Positions 55,628 to 64,000 of a stretch of 64,000 nt of DNA are shown here, piece after piece. The first letter of the stretch is position 1, and each line of letters begins with the position of its first letter. The stretch comes from Paraspadella gotoi (Eukaryota; Animalia; Chaetognatha): positions 22,139,875 through 22,203,874 of the forward strand of contig CM119266.1 of assembly GCA_051294375.1 (NCBI GenBank), in the 5' to 3' direction. Under the pieces are notes generated by a model that did not search any database, was not told the origin of the DNA, and saw only the letters and a list, made by a program, of their open reading frames with translations. The translations under genes and the position numbers were made by a program.

Positions 55628-56538
55628 CATATTCAATGAAATAGTTTCAAATTGTGAAGAGGAAAGTGAATATGGATGACGTGTCGAGCGTCGAAAAAAG
55701 AATCCAGTACAAAAGAATGAAGACGGTTTGTAGAATACAAAGCCGGTCAGAGGTTTTGTGAAAAAATTAAAAGAAGAAAAAATATAATGTAATGGTTATA
55801 AAACGGATAAGCCGTGGTATGCACGCCGCAGTATTGAGAACAAACGAAAAAAATAAAACAAAAGAATGATTGCATGTCAAAACTTTTTTTAAAAATTGGA
55901 AGAGCTTAGTCATTTTGAACGGATGAACATTGAACGGTGACTATTGAGAAGAATTGTAAAATAGTAAAATACAAAAGTAATAAAAACTAAAAATAGATCG
56001 AAAGGCATAGAGTAAACTTTTTATTAATGTGCGTTGTGGGGATATGAAAAATTAAATGAGTAAAAAAAGGATTAAAAAAATATAAAAACCATAAACAGTC
56101 AAATTTGTTCATTTGAATTAAAAAAAAGAGACAGATAGTCGTTCAGCTGCTTAGCTTTCGAGCCGTGAAAATCGATTTCACGATGACAAGATTAAAAAGG
56201 CAAACATTTTCTTGGAAAAACCGACAATTCAATCACGATAACGATGATGACGACGACAACGACGACGACGACGATCATTACTGCGTTTTACGACGCATGA
56301 TGAATCAACGAAAAAAAAGAAGAAACTTAAGGCTTCGACTCGAGCGCCACAATCCAGTTACGAAAAAAAAAAACCCCAAAAAAGTGGAAGCGACGACGAC
56401 AAAAGTTTCGTTCTTCGTCCAAAGATGAAAAAAGTTTAGAATGATCGAAGTTTTTCATGACACTGGGACCAGGGTGGACTGTTTTTAACGGCGAAGCAAT
56501 CCGTCCTTTCTCTCTTTTCTTTTTTTTTGGTCTTCGTT

Positions 56539-56569
<31 letters not shown>

Positions 56570-57599
56570 GTCCTAAAATGATGATGACACTTTCGTGCTG
56601 AGGATCGGCTTCATTAGCGGCGCAACAGAGTAACCGGAAATGAGTTAAACTTTTTTTTGCGTCTGACGAAAAACCATTTTCACTTGGGAAGGGATTGTGA
56701 GATTGTGAGCGTTTCCTTTGAAACCGAATTGCCAGGAAAAAAAAAACAAAAAAAAAAAACGTTTTACTATTTTGCGTTATTCATTGTGACTCTGTTTTAT
56801 TGAGTAATAAGTTTCTTGAGGAAGTTTCTTTAAATTTTAATGCCTTTTAGTTTGCTTGATTTTGCGAGTTAGAATATTTTACCGTCTGAATTTAAAAGAC
56901 ACAAATCTTTAGGTTGTCGAAGTTTACGGCGTCTTCTCGTTTCCTTGATTTTTTAAAAGGAATAGAATGAAAAAGAATATGACTTTTTGACGAAGATAAA
57001 ACATGAAACATTTATTCGCAAACAAAACTAAAAGGAAATCTGAAAATCAGTTTGGTCCTTGTGATTAAACATGAAAATGGCTTAGCTCCTGATATTTCTT
57101 TTCAACTTTTAACTGTTAGTACTAAATTGGGTTATTATTTTTAAAATGAAATCATGATGATCATTCTGAATCAAGACAAGGAACTCTCAAAATCTTGATG
57201 CCATTTCCTCGTTTCATGTTCCCCGTCGACTTTCTTCCCTTCAACCCTCATCTTTTTCGACCGCGAATCTCGACTTTAATCTCCGAGTTGATTTCAAACT
57301 GATCTTCCCCTCCGCGTTCCCTTACCTTCGCTCGCATCCGCACTTTCTCTTTGTCCTCACTCACCAAAGCGAAGCCACCGCTGATTCCATCCTCTTCTCA
57401 GAGTTGCCACGAACATTTTTTAACTTGGTCTCTCACTCAAGACTCTAGTTGACTTTGTCTCTCTTTCAAGTTTGTTTGTTTGTTAGTTTTTTATTTTGTT
57501 ATTGGTTTATGTTTCATTAGTTTCTTTTTTTGTTTCTTTCTTTTTTTATGTATTTATTTTCTTTATATCTCTCTCTCTCTCTTTCTTTCTTTCTTTTAT

Positions 57600-57691
<92 letters not shown>

Positions 57692-57978
57692 TTGTTTCCA
57701 TCTTTCTTTTTTCTTTCCACTTTCCAACTTCATTCACAACGCACTTCCTTACCCTTTCTCGACTTTTTACTCTCAACGGTTCTTCTTTAAAAAAAAACCT
57801 TTTAGCGGAGACAAAAGAAGAGAAAGGGATTTTAAGACGAATCTCGCTAAATGTAAAAGAGAAGAAACAAGAAACCAAAAAAAAAGAAAAAAAGCGAATA
57901 AAAAAAAAAGAAAACAAACAAAAGCAAAAGTTGACATCTGAGAAAAGAAGCTGCCCAAGCGCTGGGTTCAAAAGTCTC

Positions 57979-58165
<187 letters not shown>

Positions 58166-58610
58166 AAGAGAGTGGGTGAGAGAGGGAAAGAGAATTAGCG
58201 ATTGGGAAAAAAAGAGGAAACGAAAGACGAAGCAGTTGAGGAAATGCTTGTAAAGCCGCTTGCAAGGTGCTTGTTGAGCCCGTCGTCGAATTGAATTGGC
58301 GAATAATCCTCCGAGAATTGGCCTCATTTTCGACGTCGTCGTCGTCGTCGTCGTCGTCTCTGCCAGAGAAATAGAAGCACAAAATTTTATCTCGATCCTC
58401 GAAGTCAAGGTTAACTTTAAGAATTGAAAAAATTCCTCGCGGGATTTTTTAAGTTTTGGTGCGCGATCTTAATCTAATACGAAAGCGCCATATGAAAAAT
58501 AGATTCCCTCATGACTTTTCAAACTGAACAAAATAAGATGCGTTGACTTGTAATAGTATCTCTCTTTTAACCCGCTCATTGGTTAAATGTTATTAATATG
58601 TAGCACATTT

Positions 58611-58756
58611 ATGAAATTGGTACAACCAATATAAAAATTATCCATTCATTTAATAAATAAGCTATCTTGCCCCTGACTTTGGACAGGCTTTGGTGGTTTA
58701 AGGCCTCCATCACTCTTACAAGATAATGACATAGCAGGTCCCTGCAAGCTTTCAAT
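58611..58756 (+). repeat. Repeat family A, longest copy (~145 bp)
   Basis: Contains both halves seen separately at 41451/46300/322 and at 20059. Confidence 0.9.
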
Positions 58757-59639
58757 ATATATTATTATATATTATTATATTATTTATAGGCTGCAAAGAA
58801 ATATGCACGTCGAGTATTTTGAAATTGTTTACTAGTTAAATGTGATTAGTCCGAACAAATGTATAAACATATATAAACTTTTTTGCAAACAAAGAAAGGA
58901 TGCATCATCAAACAATTCTTGCTTTTGTCAGAATCAATTTTTCCAAAGCGACCATCTGCCTTCGACCTTCGCCTCGACAACCCCGAAAACGAAATTGCCA
59001 TTTTGAGAGACGAGATAAGAAATTTGGAGACGACGTTGCTGAAGAGACTCGCGTCACGTGCGATGATCCGCGCGGGATGAATCACTTTAATTCCGGCCAA
59101 ATATGGCAACACAAATACTGCCTTGGTGGCAAGTGGAAACCATGCGACAACTATATTAAATATGAAATAAAATAATATGATATCCAGATAACGGACAAGT
59201 TATCCCTCGTAATCGCTGCATCTGATAGATAAACTATAGCGTCGATGTTCGTTTTTCCACGAGTCATCATACGACCTTCCCTGGTAATTGGTTGCATTGG
59301 ATTCATCAGAGATCCGTTTCTTAAATCTGGCATCGATTGCCATTTTTTTTACCATTTTTTCTACCATCTTTTCTAAGTCCTCTTCTACAACAAATTTCAA
59401 GACCCTCCACTTTGTCATCTCTACGAATGGCACTGACTGTCATCGGCTTCCTCCAAGGCTCAAGATGATATCGATGAGTCGGAGGCGGAAATCGGAGGCG
59501 CCGATTAGAGATGGAATCGAGATGGAATTGAGATGGAATTGAGGAGGCATCGTCTTTGTTCTTGTCGACCTCTGAACAAACATTTTCTTTGACAACTTTG
59601 TCGAAATATCTACTTTATCTTCTCAGCAAAGGGACGAAA

Positions 59640-59736
<97 letters not shown>

Positions 59737-60871
59737 AAAGTAAAAAGGAGATAAGACAGACGGTGGCAGCAGCGATTGCGAAAAGGATTGCAGGGTCAAC
59801 ACAATTTTTTCATGACCACTTTCGACGAAATTAACTTGGGCATTCTCGGATCAAGCGCTCGGGGCACGAGGCGCTTCCACGAATCAGCACAAAAGAATCA
59901 ACGGTAATCGGCACAACTGACAGGGGGGGGCCTCTTAACCACGCTGGTACGAGTCTTTCTCGACGTAAGAGACGATGACGACGACCACGACGACGATGTC
60001 GACGACAATGACGATTACGACGAAGACTCAAAACTGGACAATCATTAAGAAGCCTCTTCCCTCTATTCCAACAGAAAAATCAGGCGGCGGCGAAAGGAGA
60101 AAAAAAAACCGGTTCGGCTTTTTAAAACCGAAACGACGATGCCATTGGTCGAACGGTGGATCCCTCGCGATGCCATTGGTTAAAAGAATCTCCAACCGGT
60201 GACGAAGACGATATGATTTAATTTTTATGTGCGAATCAAAAGTCGCGGTTCGATCGAGTTTCTAATTTGAAAAAAAAAAAAAGAAAAAAAGGAAAAAAAT
60301 ACTCGGGATTCTGGCTACATAAAACCCGTCTTTTTCACCCCGATTGGTTTTTACCGGAACTTTGGGGAAATAAAGGGTTTTACCATCGGGAATGCTTCTA
60401 TTTCGAAAAAATTGCCGTCTTTTTTTTTGTTTGGTAAAATTATCTATGTCGACTAACTTTGTATTTGTAATTAACTCAAAAAGCAGCTAATGAACGCCTT
60501 TTCCGCTCCTCGTTATATTTTGTTTCTAAAAATTTCGAAATTAAAAAAAAAATCAAAGATAAGCGGACAAAAACCGATTAAAATGAATTTCTTATTTCGA
60601 CTTCGATATAAACAGTTGAATCAACTTAGTTGATAAAAGTAATAATCGGATCTCACTTTAAACAATTGAACAAAAGACCTCAACAGGTTCAGCCGTTCAC
60701 CTCTTCGGCGCCGATCGTTTGCTTACGCCGCTTCGTGGCGCCACGCGCGCCTTTTTACTCTCGTCAAGTTTTTTTCCTCGAGATGACGCGATTTCTTTTT
60801 GACGCGTCAGTCTTTGGTCCAACGTTTCGCGTCCTACGCGCGACAGACGCTACGCGTTTCGCAAGTTCGAG

Positions 60872-60984
<113 letters not shown>

Positions 60985-61275
60985 ATTTGCTCACGAAATC
61001 AAAAAACGTCATTTTTAAAATTATATATTTTCTTGTTCGTAATTTATGGACAATGAAAAATTAATTATTTTGTTTTCATACACAAAGGCTTCCGGACGTT
61101 TTTTTTATTATAGAAAACCAATATGCACCCTTTCAACGTTTTTCTGAAGTTTTAGTCAGAAATCATTAATAAAATATACATAATGTTTTTTCTTTTGTCA
61201 ATATTCTTCTTTCTTTCTATCTTTATTATTTTCTATCTTTCTCTCTTTCCTCTTTTCTATCTTTCTTATTTGGTT

Positions 61276-61351
<76 letters not shown>

Positions 61352-61816
61352 TTTTTCTTTCTTTCTTTCTTTCTTTCATTCATTCATTCATTCATTCATT
61401 CATTCATTCATTCATTCATTCATTCATTCATTCATTCATTCTTTCTTTCTTTATTTCCGTTTCTGTCCTTCTCATATCTTATTTCTCGCCTCACGAAGGT
61501 ATTGTTATGCACCCTCAAGAATTCACAAGGATCTCATTTTTTCCTTTTCCGATTTTTCCCCTCGATTCTGTTTTGGTTGCGGAAATTGTTTTCATCTCGC
61601 AAAGAAAACCCATCGCCATCCGATTTCCATGGCAACGGGAAATGTAAATATAAATAAATGAAACTTCGACGATGTTTGGATTTTCGAGACATAATCCTCA
61701 CTTTGTCAACATAAGTCAGTAAGGTCGACGGAGTAGCGAGAACAGTTCATTCTCCATACTTGAACTTTGAAATATCTATCCTATCCTCACCTCAAAATAT
61801 TGTCATTAACGCCTTT

Positions 61817-61848
<32 letters not shown>

Positions 61849-62010
61849 NNNNNNNNNNNNNNNNNNNNNNNNNNNNNNNNNNNNNNNNNNNNNNNNNNNN
61901 NNNNNNNNNNNNNNNNNNNNNNNNNNNNNNNNNNNNNNNNNNNNNNNNNNNNNNNNNNNNNNNNNNNNNNNNNNNNNNNNNNNNNNNNNNNNNNNNNNNN
62001 NNNNNNNNNN
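61849..62010. other. Assembly gap (N run) after a (CT)n tract
   Basis: Run of n. Confidence 1.
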
Positions 62011-62287
62011 TTTTTTCTTTCTCCAGATTTCCTGATTCAAAAACCCATCGCTTTGTTCATCCCCCTTTCTCGATGGTTTCACGTTTCACATTTCACATTT
62101 CACATTTCACGTTTCACGTTCCAAAGCTTTTCTTTTTTCTGTCATTTATTAAGTTTGATTACCATAAATTACAATAGTCTACGTTTTATCTATGTATGAG
62201 GATACTCCCAGAGTTGGGAATTCGCAACCCTCTAGTGACTCGAGTTTGGATACTCTCTGTTGTTGTTCCGATCGGCTTTGTCCGGAA

Positions 62288-62432
<145 letters not shown>

Positions 62433-62671
62433 TGGCGATGGAATAGCCCGCTAATGGAGTTGCACTCGTGCGTGCGAAGTTCACTGCCTCATTTTCTCTC
62501 GCTTCCTGACTGTCAAAATACAATCGCAAAATTCAACTTTCAAATTTTGTTTTTAAAAATTTAATGTTTTATTTACAAGTGTGAAGTTCATTAACTACAA
62601 CTACATAATCACGCATCTGTTGAAGGTGAAATTTCGACTTCTAAAATCTGATATTATGAAGCTTTGCTTAC

Positions 62672-63332
62672 TTCTCCTTCGTATTCCGCCAAGCGGCAAA
62701 GGTAGGCCATCAGTTTGGCGGCGGCGGCGGCGGCGGCGGCGACGGCGGCGGCAGCGCCGTTAGAGGTCGAGGCGGCGGTGTCAGCGAAGACGTTAACGGC
62801 GGCGGCGATTGGATCATTTTGTACGGGGAAGAGTTGGGCTGGCTAAAGGGGCGAGGGGGGGCGTTCACATGTCGAAGGTCCTTTGTCGTTTATTAATTGG
62901 ATTTAAGGCGTTATCTCGATCTTGAAAGAAAAAACAAAGCGGTTGATTTACAGTCGTCATGGTAACCAATCTGATAAAATTCTAAATGCACTTGAAGTAT
63001 TAAACTCTAAGGTTCCGAAGACCGTAATTTTCGGACATTTATTGTACGATACTGATTCTGTAGACATGAAGCATTTCACCATCCCCCCAAACTAAAATCT
63101 GGACCCCACCTCTTAGATCCCCATCGGACTCAAGGGAATAAAAGCCCTTTCCCCTAACCCAAAATCTGAACCCCCCTTTATCCCCTACCTCCGTCCCTTG
63201 GGAAGGAAAATGGCCCCCGAAATTCCCGGCGGAGAGGAAATGATCCACTTTGATCTGGTCGCCGTCCGAGGAATTATGTAAACATGATTTTGGGGCCGAA
63301 GGAAAATCGATTCCGCGACCGAGATGAGACTC
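62672..63332 (-). CDS. Two candidate phase-0 exons of an unidentified gene
   Basis: Exon 63332-63189 (tatcag|..GAG|gtaggg, 48 codons) and exon 62842-62672 (ctttag|..GAA|gtaagc, 57 codons, PAQLFPVQNDPIAAAVNVFADT..AAAAAAAAKLMAYLCRLAEYEGE) join stop-free. Confidence 0.45.
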
Positions 63333-63600
63333 CTGATAGATAGTGACAGACTAGTGATAGACTTGGTGATAGTAAAAGCCCGGGATGATTGGAAGGACGA
63401 AGGAAGAAGAGAATAATATGCTAAATAACTAAATTAACTAAAGGATTGTCTGGTCGTCAACGTTAATTAGTTTCGGTTTTATTTTAATTTAGGGGGAGAA
63501 ATATTTTATCTTCACGATGAATTCTATCATCATTTACCGAATTTTATCACAAGACTTTTAAACTTGAGTTTATGCTCGAATCCTGCATACGATCTCTCTC

Positions 63601-63702
<102 letters not shown>

Positions 63703-64000
63703 CGACCTGCCCTGCGACTGGTGAAATCGTGGCCTTTGAGTCGGTGAAATAATTAATGTTTCTCGAAAAGCATTCATCTTATCGTCTATCTCTCTCTCTC
63801 GCTCTCTCGCTCTCTCTCTCTCTCATTCTCCCTCCCCCTTTTCATCATCTCTTCGATGAACAACGGACAAAGTGGAGCAGTGAGATGCGACGATGTTGTG
63901 ACTCGAAACTCGAAACTCGAGACCAAAAAAATATCTTTTTTTTGCACTTTTCGTTGAGTCCGCGTGTGGGTTTGAAACTCGAGGGCGTGGAAGAATGTGG

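Overview
Eukaryotic (invertebrate-animal-like) draft genome with GC-rich exons, short AT-rich introns, dense (AG)n/(AAT)n microsatellites and three N-gaps. Most short ORFs in the track are microsatellite or antisense noise. The first 11 kb is a noisy ~5 kb direct duplication, probably a long-read gap-fill artefact. Manual splicing gives seven gene models: (1) a class A GPCR broken by at least two single-base frameshifts; (2) a headless myosin-II rod gene with a Ser/Thr/Pro-rich N-terminus, a tandem duplication of a ~197-residue rod unit, two predicted GC-AG introns and an optional ~207-aa tail exon; (3) a gamma-glutamylcyclotransferase-like gene apparently fused to a cytochrome-b5/MAPR-like domain; (4) a ZIFL-like MFS transporter; (5) a CCP2/3 (AGBL2/3)-type tubulin deglutamylase that splices in frame to ~2100 aa; (6) an intronless F-box/WD40 gene; (7) an MS4A/CD20-like four-TM gene. 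Two orphan exons lie at the right end. Mobile elements include a Ginger-like MITE with a 4-bp TSD, a DINE/HINE-like family, a short structured repeat family and a probable tRNA-derived SINE. The best novelty candidates are the headless myosin with the duplicated rod unit, the GGCT-cytb5 fusion and an apparent excess of AAG/GAG splice acceptors. All family calls rest on motif recognition by eye; no searches were run.
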